Shown: positions 25,891 through 39,768 of the stretch, piece after piece
How the letters are laid out: each line of letters starts with the position of its first letter
Numbering within the stretch: the stretch's first letter is position 1
Origin: Octopus vulgaris
Taxonomy: Eukaryota
Assembly (NCBI GenBank): GCA_951406725.2
Contig: OX597818.1
Coordinates: forward strand, 31,310,001-31,374,000
Reading direction: 5' to 3'
Length of the DNA stretch: 64,000 nt
Program-made: the position numbers and the translations under genes
Notes under the pieces: generated by a model
Seen by the model: only the letters and a program-made list of their open reading frames with translations
Databases searched by the model: none
Told to the model about the DNA's origin: nothing

Positions 25891-26777
25891 ATGATATTAA
25901 AAATATGGATGTAAATGACCAGGACAATAATATTTATGTATTCGTTATTTTTTTAGTGGCATCGTATCGCAAAAATGCAATTTATAAAAATTGAAAATAA
26001 CTGTATAAGTTCATTTCTGTGCGACATGATTTATTTGGTAAAAACTGTTATTTCCCCATCCCCACCCCCACCCCCGCTTCTCATCAGAACTAAATTTTTT
26101 TTTGTATCTTAGGTATTTTCATTTTAATGTCTATCATAGTTCAAAGGAACTTTTTTTTTATGGGCGAAACTCATACAACGGTAATATTTTAGGAGTGAAA
26201 AAATACACATATTTCTTGTACCTTTGTTATTCATTCTATTTTATTTTATTTTACTAGTACTTCTTTTTTTTTTTTTTTTTTTTTTTTGCTTTTAGAGTTC
26301 AGCACGTGCGAAATGTTTTTCCCGTTTCCGTTGTTCTGTAGTTCTTTACTGGCAAATATAAAAATACCAGAGTAACTGCCCTTAATAGAAATGTCGGCAT
26401 TCTTACGATATTTTACTTCAGCAACGATACATCGTTCAGACTCTAGGAAAAGAAAAAAAAGAAGAAGACGAAGGGAATAGAAATGAAGCAACACCTTTTT
26501 TCCTTTATTGCTGTGTTTGTTGATGCAGAAAGGAAGTTGTATGCCCATAGCCTGAAAAGAACGCATAAAATGTATTTCGGTAACGTTAGTAAGGGTTCAC
26601 ATCAAGTTGGAGATAAAGGTAAAGCTAAAGTTTATTAGTTCCCCAATTTACCAAATATGCATTGGTATATGAATCTCATAAGTCTTATGATTCTATAAAC
26701 AGTAGTTTTCTTTTAATCTCTTATATCTGCATTCATTCATCTCAGTGAAAGACAAATGGCATGTATGTAGGTATTTG

Positions 26778-26855
<78 letters not shown>

Positions 26856-26856
26856 A

Positions 26857-26887
<31 letters not shown>

Positions 26888-26889
26888 GA

Positions 26890-26971
<82 letters not shown>

Positions 26972-27001
26972 AGTCTGTCTATATGTTTGTCTTCCACTCT
27001 C

Positions 27002-27068
<67 letters not shown>

Positions 27069-27139
27069 ACAGACACAGCAATACAAGAAAAGATACTGCT
27101 TCATTTTTATTCCCTTTTCCTTTTTTTTTCTTTGCTAGA

Positions 27140-27300
27140 GTGCATGGCTGTGTGATAAGAAGCTTGCTTCTAAGCCACATGGTTCCAGATTCGGTATCAC
27201 TGCGAGGCACCTTGAGCAAGTGTCTTCTACTATAGCCTTGGGCCGGTAAAAGCCTTGAGAATGGATTTGGTAGACGAAAACTGAAAGAAGCCCTGTCGTG
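27140..27300 (+). mobile_element. SINE family A, 5' half ending in (TA)n
   Basis: TGGCTGTGTGATAAGAAGCTTGCTT..CACCTTGAGCAAGTGTCTTCTACTATAGCC..ACTGAAAGAAGCCC. Confidence 0.8.
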
Positions 27301-27302
27301 TG

Positions 27303-27361
<59 letters not shown>

Positions 27362-27366
<5 letters not shown>

Positions 27367-27556
27367 ATCTAAACATGAAAACACAATAACGCGAGGACGT
27401 GGAACAAATATAGTATTATTGGACGCTCAGGAAGGAAGTGAGAAGGAGGGTTTAATGTTTCGAGCAAAGGTCTTCGTCGGAAACATAGGAGAAGGAAAGA
27501 TCCAGAGAAGGGAAGACAGAGGAAAAAAAATCCCCAACGGTACACATGCGGTCACG
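27362..27556 (-). mobile_element. (TA)n-embedded hammerhead-bearing element, same family as 57806-57981
   Basis: Minus strand 27450-27484: GTTT / CCGACGA / A / GACC-TTT-GCTC / GAAA / CA / TT / AAAC (partly decayed). Confidence 0.7.
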
Positions 27557-28576
27557 TATATATATATATATATATATAAAGACAAAGAGAAAAAGAATTT
27601 AAAGCTGAACTCCAACGTGTTGAATGGCTGTTGTTTTTAAGATAAAAATAAAATAAAATTCAACTCATTGGAGTTCGGCTTTAACTGCTCTTTCTCCCTC
27701 ACAGTCCGTCCATCTTGTTTGAGCAAAACGTCATTGTATAATTTAGCTGAGCTTTGTTAAATATGAACTAGGATCCCGAAAAGAAAGTCCAGTTATTGGG
27801 ATTTGCTGATGCACTTTCGGCGTGAGTGTTTCGTTGTGGTAGTGAGAACGAATAAATTGAATGATTTTGAAGAATCTATCTGAATGTTGCTTACAGTTAA
27901 GGGGTCTGTTGTGTGATCCTGTTTTCTTGATATGAGTAAAATTTGTGTTTCGTTGCTGTTGAGTCACCCAATAAATTACTTTTAGTTCTTACAAACTGCA
28001 AAATACCAGGTAGGAAGTATAACAATTAAATTAGATCAACTGAGAACAAACAAGCTAAATGTTATTGTTTGGAGAATTATTTTTAACCAATTCAGAAATT
28101 GGATTACAAAATATGAGAAACATTTTGTAATTTCTCTGACTTTAACATACGCTTCGGCAGTAAAGCAATCTTCACGTTTGTTTAGGCTCACATATCTGTG
28201 AGTAGCAATTTTATTATTGATCAAACTCTTCCCCCTCTCCGGCTGAAATCCATGGAACATAACAGCGATTTTTATTTTCTTCATATTGTATCTATTCACC
28301 AAGAAGAAAAAGCTCGTTTATATCGCCAGTTCACTTCGCAACTGTCAAATTAGATCGGGAAAAGTATTGACTCGAAGAAATTTTGCATGATAAATTTGAT
28401 TTGTGCAAATAAAGAATTATTGATTGCATCTCGTATCATCGCTTTCTTCTTTTCATTTTTAGAATTTTTTTTTCAAATTTACAATCCTATTTCAGGCCGA
28501 GTGCTCAACATTTACACCGGAGCTAAACTAAAAGTCCTCTAGAGGACGACTTTTCGTTGGTGCCACACACACACAA

Positions 28577-28690
<114 letters not shown>

Positions 28691-29179
28691 AAACAAACAC
28701 ATCCATACATATATCGAAGCATATATGTCACGCAATAAGATTTTATTTTCATTTTATTCTCTTCCTCTCCATTACTCGTCGTATTTTCTTCTTGAATTTT
28801 ATAACAGACTTATGTGAAACATATACAATAATTCAATGCCAAACGAACCTGTCACGCCAAACTCCCGACCGTTTACAACTATGAATGGGTTTCCATTGAA
28901 ACGGTTCTTCATGGCTTGTTGTTATTGAATATTTGGATAGCTGGCTGGCTGACTGGCTGGTTGGTGATATTTTTGGTGAAAATTATATTAAGGGGAAAAA
29001 ATGAAGCTTAAATATTTTTTAAAAAAATGCAATGATAATAATAATATTAAAGAATTAGAAGAATAAAGAAAGAAGAAAAGGAAGAAAAAGAACAAGACGA
29101 GCAACAAGAATAACAGCGTGCAACAAACATATATATATTCAAAGAAAATAATAATAAAAAAATGAACCTGTTCTACTTC

Positions 29180-29660
29180 AACCGTCGCCACCGTCGCTAC
29201 CACCACCACCAACACCACCACCAACCACCGCCACCGCCGCCGCCACCACCGCCGCCGCCGCCACCGCCGCCACCACCGTCTCAGTGACCTCTCTCACCAC
29301 CACCACTACCACCATCCCCTCCATCACCACAGTCAAATTACCACCACCACTGCCGCCTCCGCCGCCGCCACCTCTGTTATCAAAGTATAAGCACCACCAC
29401 GACTACCGTTATCAAAGTATGAACCACAGTACGCTGACCCACACAACGCTACCATCACCATCACCAGCAGCAGCAGCACCACCACCACCACCACCAACGC
29501 CACCACCACCACCACCACTACCACCAACGCCACCACCAACGCTACCACCAACGCCACCACCAATGCTACCACCAACGCCGCCACCATCACTTCATGATGA
29601 TGATGATGATTATGATAATAATGATGATGATGGCCACCACCTCCTACCGCCACCACAATT
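29180..29660. repeat. (CCA/CCG)n cryptic trinucleotide repeat with (GAT)n
   Basis: Read directly; source of the spurious poly-Pro ORF. Similar tracts at 37890-38260 and 56316-56450. Confidence 0.9.
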
Positions 29661-30848
29661 AGCTACATAGCTATCACAGTTATCAATAGAAAAATCTGTG
29701 GTGAGCTTCCATTTAATTATATAGCAGTCACGTTATTCATTCACAGTTGGATGTCTGGTACTGGCTTTATTTATTTATCTATTTTATTTTTAAACAAATA
29801 ATTTGTATTTATTTGTTTGGAGGTATGCTTGAGTTTGTGTGTGTATGTTTGTTTATCGGTCCGTGTGTGTGCATTTATATGTGCGTGTGAGTGTGTGCGT
29901 GTGTGTGCGTGTGCATGGATGTGTGTGTGTGTGAATGATTGTGTATATGTAGGCTACATGTCTACATATAAACTATGATATATTGATTCTACTAGAGAAA
30001 TTATATATACTAAATAAGTACATGTTACTGATCATGCATACATGCATACACACGCAACACACACGTACGTACATATTTATGCATATATACGTGTACATAT
30101 CTACTTATGTTATATATATATACAGACACACATATATATATACATATATATACGTTTATATATGCATATATATACATATATATATACACACATATATATA
30201 TATACATACATATATATATACACACACACATATATATATATATATATACACACACACATATATATATATATATAGCAAACATATTCGCGCCCTTATTGTA
30301 TCCTAATGTTAATGCATGCTTTTATACTCTATACATATATGTGTGTGTGTGTATGTACATGCATACACATATATGTGTGGTTGTGTGTGTGTGTATGTGT
30401 GTGTGTGTGTGTGTGTGTAATATATGTAGAGGCTTCACACCATCCCCCACTTTCGTTTCTTTTGTAAATGTTCGTTGAAGGCTTTCATAGAGGCGTGAAT
30501 CCGTAAAATGGTGGATAGTAATCTAAATGCGAATATGTAATGCCACGTATACCTCCATTAAAGTTTTTACCACACACTCATAACTGTACATGATCTTTTC
30601 GGATCCCCCTGTATGAGAATGCACTGAGGTGTCGAATGTTTTATGGATGTGCATACGCATCAACACACCAACAACATTTTGTACATGCTGTGTGCATGTA
30701 TCTGTGAAATTTGAAATTTGTTAGCATTTGTACAACTACTGAGATAGCAAAATGAAAGAATCATTATAGGTATGTTTGAAAATACGTATGGTATATATGT
30801 ATCTACACACACACACACAGACATATATATTTATACACATATATATTG

Positions 30849-30901
<53 letters not shown>

Positions 30902-30984
30902 TATATACATATATATGGTGTGTGTGTATGCATACATATGTATATATACATATTTATGTATATAACTATATATATATATATAGT

Positions 30985-31139
30985 CTTTTATTCTTTTATT
31001 CTCTTACTTGTTTCAGTCATTTGACTGTGGCCGTGCTGGAGCACCACATTTAATCGAGCAAATAATCGACTCCAGGTCTTATTCATCGGTTGTCAAGCAA
31101 TGTTTTGGGGAGGGGGAACAAACAGATACACAAACATAG

Positions 31140-31183
<44 letters not shown>

Positions 31184-31320
31184 GACGGGCTTCTTTCAGT
31201 TTCCGTCTACCAAATCAACTCACAAGGCTTTGGTCGGCCCAAGGCTATAGTAGAAGACACTTGCCCAAGGTGCCACGCTGTGGGACTGAACCTGGAACCA
31301 TGTGGTTGGTAAGCAAGCTA
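30985..31320 (-). mobile_element. SINE family A, internally deleted
   Basis: Tail and head segments match the reverse complement of the family A consensus. Confidence 0.85.
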
Positions 31321-31699
31321 CTTTATTTCATTATATTTGCCATAAAGGCAGTACATAGAGTAGTAGCTTTGCGGGTTGGACACGGATATTAATGAAATGA
31401 ATGATAACGAAGCAAAGATGATAAGGATGGGAGAAGACAAAAAACGCCCGCCGACTTTTGCTTCTCTAAAACATTGTTCTTTAAAAACAAACACAAAACG
31501 AGGTATTAAACCTCTTACAACTTTTACAACTTTTCAATTTTTGGACTTGACAGTCCATTACAAACAAGAACAAAGTTCAATAATTACATATAATATATAT
31601 AAATATTATACACAAAGCTCAATCGTCCTCTTCCCCGACCAGGCCGTACGCTTCCCTTAGGCAATGCTCCAGCTCCAGGTCGGGCCCCCAGCAGGTATA

Positions 31700-31868
31700 T
31701 CTAAACATGTCCATCGAGAATGTATTTTTTGTTGCCCCCGCTGTCTGTCTCTGGCCAGTCGTGGTTATGTAGACCCCAGATAGCGGGTGAGGTCATCTCG
31801 CCATCTTGTCTTTGGTCGGTCTCTTGATATTGTTGGCCGTTTGATTTTTTTGTCTTGATCTTATTGTA
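31700..31868 (-). mobile_element. RTE-type LINE extreme 3' coding fragment
   Basis: The minus strand translates SRDRPKTRWRDDLTRYLGST*PRLARDRQ (cf. RGRPxxRWxD..WxxLAxDR). Confidence 0.7.
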
Positions 31869-31869
31869 A

Positions 31870-32085
31870 CTCAACGGAAAATGAAACGAATTATGCTTGT
31901 CAACACATTACGGGTTAAGAAAATAACACCTAGATTCGACAGCAGACGAGAGTCAAATGCCATCATAAGAACCATCAAAGAGAACAAACATAGATGGGCT
32001 GGCCACATCACGCGCCTGAATGTCAACAGATGGACAGCCAAGGTGACGGAATGGACACGAAAACAATGCACAAGATCAAGAGGTT
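31870..32085 (+). mobile_element. RTE-type LINE C-terminal fragment, inverted relative to its neighbour
   Basis: QRKMKRIML..IIRTIKENKHRWAGHITRLNVNRWTAKVTEWTRKQCTRSRG. Confidence 0.8.
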
Positions 32086-32427
32086 CGAAATATAAACGTT
32101 TTAAATTTTGAATTGTATGCGTAAACGATGTAAACACGATGTCAGATATAGTGGTGCAAAGTAGACAAGATACAGAAAGAAATCGACAGAGAGAGAAGGT
32201 AAGATTAAATCTAATAATTAAGGGGTAGGTAGGAAGGAAGAGAATCAACAAGAGAGAACAAACTGTGTTCTTGTAAACACTTGAGCGAACTGCGTATGCA
32301 ATATCAACACAATGTACAATATTCCGAATGAGATAATGTTAAGAACACCTGTGTTTGTTTCTGCGAGTGTCAGTGACGAGTCTCTCTCTCTCTCTATATA
32401 TATATCTTTCTGTTACTCTTTCTCTCT

Positions 32428-32474
<47 letters not shown>

Positions 32475-33358
32475 TGCTTTATAATGCCCCATCCGTTGTC
32501 ATTTACTGCAATTACTATTCAAATATTAAGAATTGAGAATAAATATAAAGAAAAAATGTTTCCATTCTTATATCCTATAAATTGTCCTTAGATTATTCTG
32601 AAGAAAGTGATCGTTCTTAGGGCGTTGTAATTTAAATAGAGTGATGTAATCCAGATGTTGTATAGAAACATGACAGGTAGGAAGTGGGTGGGCGTAGTGG
32701 GGAAATAGAAAGAGAGACGACTCTTTGTGTGTATATATATGTGTGTGTGTGTGTGTCTATATAATCATAAACTATAAAAATGTATATAATTATGTACAAC
32801 ACACGCATAATTAAGTACGTATATATGACATAAACATATTCATAAATATGCATATTCATATACACACACAAGCTAGGCTCATACCACACACACACACACA
32901 CACAGATACACACACACATGACATACACAGAAATATAAAGGTACACATACAAATGAATCTGTATCAACGCTTGTATGCACATGTGTATGTGTATACATGT
33001 GTGTGCATGTGAGTGCGTGTGTGTGTATGTGTGTATTTGTGTATGCGTGTGTTTGTGTTTGTCTACAATTACATTGAGGATCACACATATTGTTATAAGA
33101 TTCACTCTTTGCAGTTAGGGATTCTAGGTTCAATCTCACAGAAGAGCATCTTTGGCAAGTAAATTTTTACTACAGTCGAAGATGTACCGTACCACTCTGA
33201 ACATTCGGTAGACGGAAACTGCGAGGAAATTCGTGGGATAAAATTGTACTCAGTATCCAAACCCATCATACTTTATGAGACTATTCTACTTGACAATTCA
33301 TTGAGCAAGTAGTTAGGAAGTTAGTATATCGAACAACTCAATACTTATTGTCGAAACC

Positions 33359-33396
<38 letters not shown>

Positions 33397-33543
33397 GATT
33401 CAGATGAATATGGTACTTAAGTTGAGGCACCAGAACTTAGTGTGGTGTTATCCATACAATTTCAAAGTAAGGTGATTAAAGTCAAAATAAGCAACGAGGA
33501 TATCCAGAGGTAATGCAGACTGATATCTTTGTTGCTTATTTTG

Positions 33544-33628
<85 letters not shown>

Positions 33629-33879
33629 ATATATATATGTGTGTGTGTAGCGAAAAGCGGTTTGATATCACGACATCCATAAAATATGTATATATTTTTA
33701 AAAAATTTCTGTATAAAAAAATATTAAACTATGTGAAACGAAGGCATTTCTCTTTCACTTTTTATATGTTTTCCACATATTTTCAACTCATAATTTTGCC
33801 ACGTACACTGAATCTTAAGTATTTTTTGCCCCTTTTATATTTCTATTATTTCTATTATATATACATATATATATATTAA

Positions 33880-34490
33880 TAAATTTCAGGGTAGCAAAAA
33901 ATTCTAGAAAAATTCTCCGCTACCAGCGGTCAAGTGAGAAAGAAAAAATAGTCAATAGACTATATAATATACATTCAAACATATAAGGGATGGCCATAAT
34001 AGGACATCCGACTCACTAGAAAGAGCAGCCAAACTCCTAACCACTAATAGTTGTAATTCTGAAATGGAAAGAGAAATAAAAACGTTTACCCTCTCCTTTC
34101 TGGACTATGCATAGTTTCGGCAATCTTTTGTAAATAAATTAATTTAATTAATTTATTTACCACTGGCGTTGCTTCGTCAAAACCGCGCGAGCGTGGTGGA
34201 TTTTGAAAATTTATAGCATATAGACTCGAGACATGTTTATCATCGCCTCGTGGATATATGTTAGTCCTTGGCTTTTCTGCTGACGAGGCAACGCCAGTGG
34301 TAAATAAATTAATTAAATTAATTTATTTACAAAAGATTGCCGAAACTATGCATAGTCCAGAAAGGAGAGGGTAAACGTTTTTATTTCTCTTTCCATTTCA
34401 GAATTACAACTATTAGTGGTTTGGAGTTTGGCTGCTCTTTCTAGTGAGTCGGATGTCCTATTATGGCCATCCCTTATATGTTTGAGTGTA
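33880..34490. mobile_element. large foldback element in (TA)n, putative non-autonomous Penelope-like element
   Basis: Near-perfect inverted arms 33970-34179 and 34281-34490, spacer ~100 bp. Confidence 0.8.
34272..34365 (+). ncRNA. type I hammerhead ribozyme, canonical core, extended stem II
   Basis: CTTTTCTG / CTGACGA / GGCAA..TTGCC / GAAA / CTATGCATAG / TC / CAGAAAGG: 8-bp stem I, palindrome ACTATGCATAGT, GUC site at 34355-34357. Confidence 0.85.
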
Positions 34491-34491
34491 C

Positions 34492-34528
<37 letters not shown>

Positions 34529-34632
34529 CGTGTGTGTGTGTGAGTATAAATAAATGTCTATGTATATATGTATATGTATGTATATATATGTGTATGTGTG
34601 TGTATATATATAAATGTGTATGTATATATATG

Positions 34633-34692
<60 letters not shown>

Positions 34693-34873
34693 GTGTGTGT
34701 GTGTGTGTGTGTAATGGAGAAATTATACAAAATGTATAAATAGATGATGAGTAAAGCACCGGCACAGTTTCGATTACCTGTTGTTATCCGTAGATTTATT
34801 GCACGAACTTCGTAGCGGCGGTTGGGGTAACGGTATTAATACAATAGATGGAATTAGCAATAGGTTTTATTGG

Positions 34874-34915
34874 GTACAACACATGTTTCGACCCGTTCTG
34901 GATCTCTTCGGGTAC
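34874..34915 (-). ncRNA. hammerhead-like motif, U4C variant
   Basis: Minus strand: GTAC / CCGAAGA / GATCC-AGAAC-GGGTC / GAAA / C-ATGT-G / TT / GTAC. Confidence 0.5.
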
Positions 34916-35086
34916 GTCAATAAAAAGTCTCTAGAGATTTCTTGAGTTGGTTTACGTACCGCTATATGTCCATCAAATTAATAATGACTGGAGTCGGGTC
35001 CTTGGACTAAAAATTCTTAATAGGCTGTACCCCAACATGGCCGCAGTCTGATGACTGAAACACATAAAAGGTGAAAGATAAAAGTT

Positions 35087-35586
35087 TAAGAATTTAGAAA
35101 TATCGATATCTAGGAATCCGACATATGCCAACCCTGGATATATATGGTAATATTTTTACACCATTTTACCATATGAGAGAATTTTTTTCGCCATGGTAAC
35201 TGCAGTGAATTTGTCAGATGTAATATGTCACAAATATATTTTAACTAACCAAAATTTTGCTCATGCCTGAACACTGCTTGGTGCTAATGTTACTGAAATT
35301 TTCATGAGCTTGGCAGCCTACTGGCACAAGTCTATCAATGTTGTTGACTGCAGTTTAGTTAAAGCCACAACTTGATCAGGGCTGTCAGGAGTTACCCCTC
35401 TTCGGTATATCCAATGATAACAACTAAGAAGCTAGAAACATCGATGTCTAGGAATCCGACAAGTGGCAGCACTGGACAGATATGCTGTTTTTTACACCTT
35501 TTTTTTACCATAACCTGGAACTGCAGTGAATTTGCCATTAGCAGTTGAAATATACCACAAACATACTTTAACTAACCTAAAGTTCG

Positions 35587-35590
<4 letters not shown>
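35087..35590 (+). repeat. diverged direct duplication, ~170 bp
   Basis: 35087-35265 and 35426-35590 share TAGAAA.ATCGAT.TCTAGGAATCCGACA..AACTGCAGTGAATTTG..TTAACTAACC. Confidence 0.75.
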
Positions 35591-35640
<50 letters not shown>

Positions 35641-35641
<1 letters not shown>

Positions 35642-36417
35642 ATATATAACAAAGTGGAGTTGTAGGGTACCGCACGAGTGGAATTATATACGAAAGAAGG
35701 TTTGAAAATGCAATTTTAAAAGATGTTTATTTGCTTTACCGGTTTCACTTTTTGGAAAAAGATTGTCAAAAGTAACATGTAGAAGTTTGGTTGCGTTAAT
35801 TATTGATTGTTTACGTTAACCTGGTGGACAGGTCAGTTTTAGCTTCCCTACTATTATAATGTAAACCTTTTTGAACTCATAATATTCTGTGCGTGTATAC
35901 CAATATTCCACTGAACTTTTTAATAATTCCTTCTGGAAATTATCTTGAGAATGTATAATATATTTGTTGTAATCTTTTGTGCCCAACATTTCAACGAACT
36001 TGCTAAACTTTTTTTATGTTCTCAACATGCTCTTGTCACCAAAGAATGTATATATATGTATTGTAGTACTCTGTGTCAACCAATATTCTGTGCGTGTTTG
36101 AACATACAGATACAATACCAATATCAATATCCCACTGAACTAATTCCTTCTGGAAACTATCTTTAACATGTTCTTGAGAATGATTATTTATGTTGTAATC
36201 TTTTGTGCCCAATATTTTAAGGAACTTGTTAAACTTTTTTATGTCCTTAACATGTCCTTGTTACCAAAGACTGTATATATGTAATGTAGCAAATTGTAAC
36301 AACCACTAATTAACGCAACCAAACTTCTACATGTTACTTTTGACAATCTTTTTCCAAAGAGTGAAACCGGTAAAGTAAATAAACATCTTTTAAAATTGCA
36401 TTTTCAAACCTTCTTTC

Positions 36418-36420
<3 letters not shown>
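35641..36420. mobile_element. foldback element in (TA)n with hammerhead-like motifs in both arms and an internal tandem duplication
   Basis: Arms 35685-35802 and 36307-36425; spacer holds two ~200 bp units (~35881-36066, ~36082-36289). Confidence 0.75.
36334..36378 (+). ncRNA. hammerhead ribozyme-like motif, U3-A8 core variant (mirror copy 35731-35775, minus)
   Basis: TTACTT / TTGACAA / TCTTTTTCCAAAGAGT / GAAA / CCGG / TA / AAGTAA: 6-bp stem I, palindrome ACCGGT, GUA site. Confidence 0.6.
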
Positions 36421-36458
<38 letters not shown>

Positions 36459-36461
36459 AAC

Positions 36462-36584
<123 letters not shown>

Positions 36585-36810
36585 AACACACACATATACA
36601 CATATGAAGCGTGAAGTGAAGTGCAGGGGCTTCCGTATTTACATTGGTATTTCTACCCTTAACCAATAATTTCAGGTTGGATCCTTCTGAGATTATTTGA
36701 CTAAGATGAACAGATTTCGTCTAATCCAGTTTTATTATTTGATTGTAAAGATATCCTTCACTGTAAGATCGAACGCCTGACCTGATGGGTGCGAAGCGAA
36801 CTGCTTAAAC

Positions 36811-36846
<36 letters not shown>

Positions 36847-37276
36847 ATTAAATACATAAACACGTTTATATATATACATACATAAATACATACATACATA
36901 TTTACATACCTATATACACACAAATACAGAATGTGAGGGAGGCCAAGAAACAGATATATACAAACACAATCACAAACACACACACGCACGCACGCACACA
37001 CACACATGCACACCTGTAAGTAAGCGTGTGTCTATCTATCTATCTATCTATCCGGCTACTTTTCTATTTATCTAGCTAGCTTCCTATACTTTGTTACTTT
37101 ATTTATATTTTAATCTTACAAAACGCAGAAGTTCACAATAGATTCTTGTATAAAAAGTATGTAGAATCTAATGCATACATGTGTTAACAAGGGTCGCACA
37201 CCCCTAAGTAACGTTATCTGTTTGTTTGGCCAACTGTACACCGCAAGTTTTCGAACACACACACATACAGACACTG

Positions 37277-37385
<109 letters not shown>

Positions 37386-38504
37386 TATATTATATGAATG
37401 TTTATATACACACACTCATACACTCATACTTATATGTGTTCGTGTGTTTGTGTGTATGTATGTGTATGTGTATTGGTGTTTTGATGTGTGGGTGAGAATG
37501 TTTACTCTAACATCAGTACGCACTGTAGATTAAATGACGATATCACTGACATTAAAGTGCAGATGGCTTCCTCAAGAACAGAAGCTGAAGAGATGCTAAA
37601 TAAACTGACACCTGGTTCACTAGAACGTATTAAGGAACACTTCTCGCCTGTACGTACTTAATGTTTACACGTCAAGGTGTTGATAGACAAGCAATGCTAA
37701 AAGCATAATTGAGTGATGTGTAAACGGCATCTGAGTTTTGGATGGAAGACTACTTTCACAGCTGTACAAATCAGTTCTTTTTGGTCATTTCATTGTTGTC
37801 ATTTATTTCGATATTGAATGGATAATAGGAGAGTAACACCGGGCGATGGTGATGGTGGTGCTTTTGATTAAACATATTAAATAGTCGCCGCCGTCATCGT
37901 CATCATCATCATCATCATCATCATCATCAACATCAACATCATCATCATCATCATCATTATTTTCATCGTCGTCGTAATCAACATCCTCCTCCTCCTCCTC
38001 CTCCTCCTCCTCCTCATCATCATCATTCGTCCTTGCTATCATCTCCTTCTTCATCAACAGGACAACCACCCCCGCTGCCAAAGCCAGCCTATCATCATCA
38101 ACATCATCATCATCGTCGTCATCATCATCATCATCATCATCTGATCACTATAACTATCATCCTCATCATCATATCCTCCAATTCCACCGTCACCACCACC
38201 ACAACACCACCTCCACCACCGCAACAACACCCTCCATCCTTCTTCTTCTTCTTCTTCCCTATCTTTTCCTCTGCCACTTCATCATTTTGTTACACCACTG
38301 TCGTTGATAAATAAGAGAATATATCCAACCCTATGCGGTACGTTTTTTTAATTTTTTTTTTTTTTTGTCATGGACCTGAATAAATGTAAAGCAATGTCGA
38401 CTTCGATAGTATTTGAATTCAGAATGTAAAATAATGTAAACGAAACCTTTAAGTGACAAAAACAACAATAACAACAACAACAACAACAACAATAATAATA
38501 ATGG

Positions 38505-38640
38505 CTTCAAATTTTCTCACAAGGCCAGCAATTTCAGAGCGTTGTTCGTCGATTACATCGACCCCCACCGCTCAACTGGTACTCATTTTATCGAACCCTA
38601 AAGGATGAAAGTAATGTCAACCTCGAGGAATTTGAACTTA
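38505..38640 (-). mobile_element. SINE family B, 3' part
   Basis: ACAAGGCCAGCAATTTC..GTCGATTACATCGACCCC..CAACTGGTACTCATTTTATCG..AAGGATGAAAG. Confidence 0.75.
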
Positions 38641-38943
38641 TTTAGGTTGGAGGTAAGCGACCTTAAGTTTGTCTGATAGGAAGAAAGAAGACCTCTTAAA
38701 CTTTGGTTGGCAACTTTCGTAATGATGGCGCCTGGAAGATAATACTCATGACTATGCAGTCTCATTTTCATTGCTTCATATGAGTAAAAATGTTAAATCA
38801 TGATTTATTGAATAATGACATTTAAGGAACTGGAGCGAAAGATGGTGTCTCACTCGGTAGGTGCTCTATTTTGCGGCAGTATAAACCCGGTCGTTATCCT
38901 GAAATTGTTAGCGATCAGTTGAGATGAAACAGAGTTAACAAGA

Positions 38944-39768
38944 ATCATGATTATTGTGGAATATTACTATCGAAGAAATCGAGTAAATAAGAGTGGGTGT
39001 ACCAGTCAGAAATTCCAGATTGAAAGTGCATAGAAATCGGCAGGAGAAAGATTTCTTTTCCCTTGTAAATTTGGCTTGGACAATGAGGAATTGTAACCAA
39101 GTCAGAGCTATAAGATAAAATGGGTTGTTTGCTGAACTGACACACGAAGCAATTAAAGGAATATTTTCACAGGTAGGTACAGATTCTGTATAAAAGTGGA
39201 GTTGATGGAATGAAACGGAGAAGAATTTTAGGGAAATAAACAAGGTGAATCTGCTGTGGAGATGAAAAAGGGATGGAGTATATTCTTCAATAATTATACT
39301 AATTGCACTAATTATACTAATAATTATAATAATTAAGCGAAGAAGACCAAGATGCAATGTCGAAAATTAATTACATCATATGAAAGAAAAATCTTGGAGG
39401 AAGAAAAGCAATTAAGAATATTGAAAGTGATAAAATAAGGGAAATATCCAAAAAAAGTAGAAGGAAATTATCCAAACAATTTCATAAAAGCAGGTGATAC
39501 GTATGTGGTGAATGAATTAGGATTGAAAGATCATTTAAAGGTGATAAAATTCTGGTAGATTGCAGGATTTAACACAGGTTAAAACCTATCATGTTTTTAT
39601 CTTATAGCTCTGACTTGGTCGCAATTCCTTCTTGTCTAAGAGAGAGTTACAGAGGGAAAATGTTTCTCCTGTCGATTTCTATGCACTTTCAAACTGGAAT
39701 TTCTGACTTGTACACCCACACTCAGTTACTCGATTGCTTCGACAGTAACATTCCACAATAATCATGAT
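38944..39768. repeat. diverged inverted repeat pair, ~175 bp arms
   Basis: 38944-39120 (ATCATGATTATTGTGGAAT..CCAAGTCAGAGCTATAAGATAAAA) is the reverse complement of 39594-39768. Confidence 0.8.

Noticed and set aside
29284-29670. 128-aa proline-rich ORF resembling formin or extensin
   Set aside because: Lies entirely in a (CCA)n cryptic repeat with no domain or splice context.
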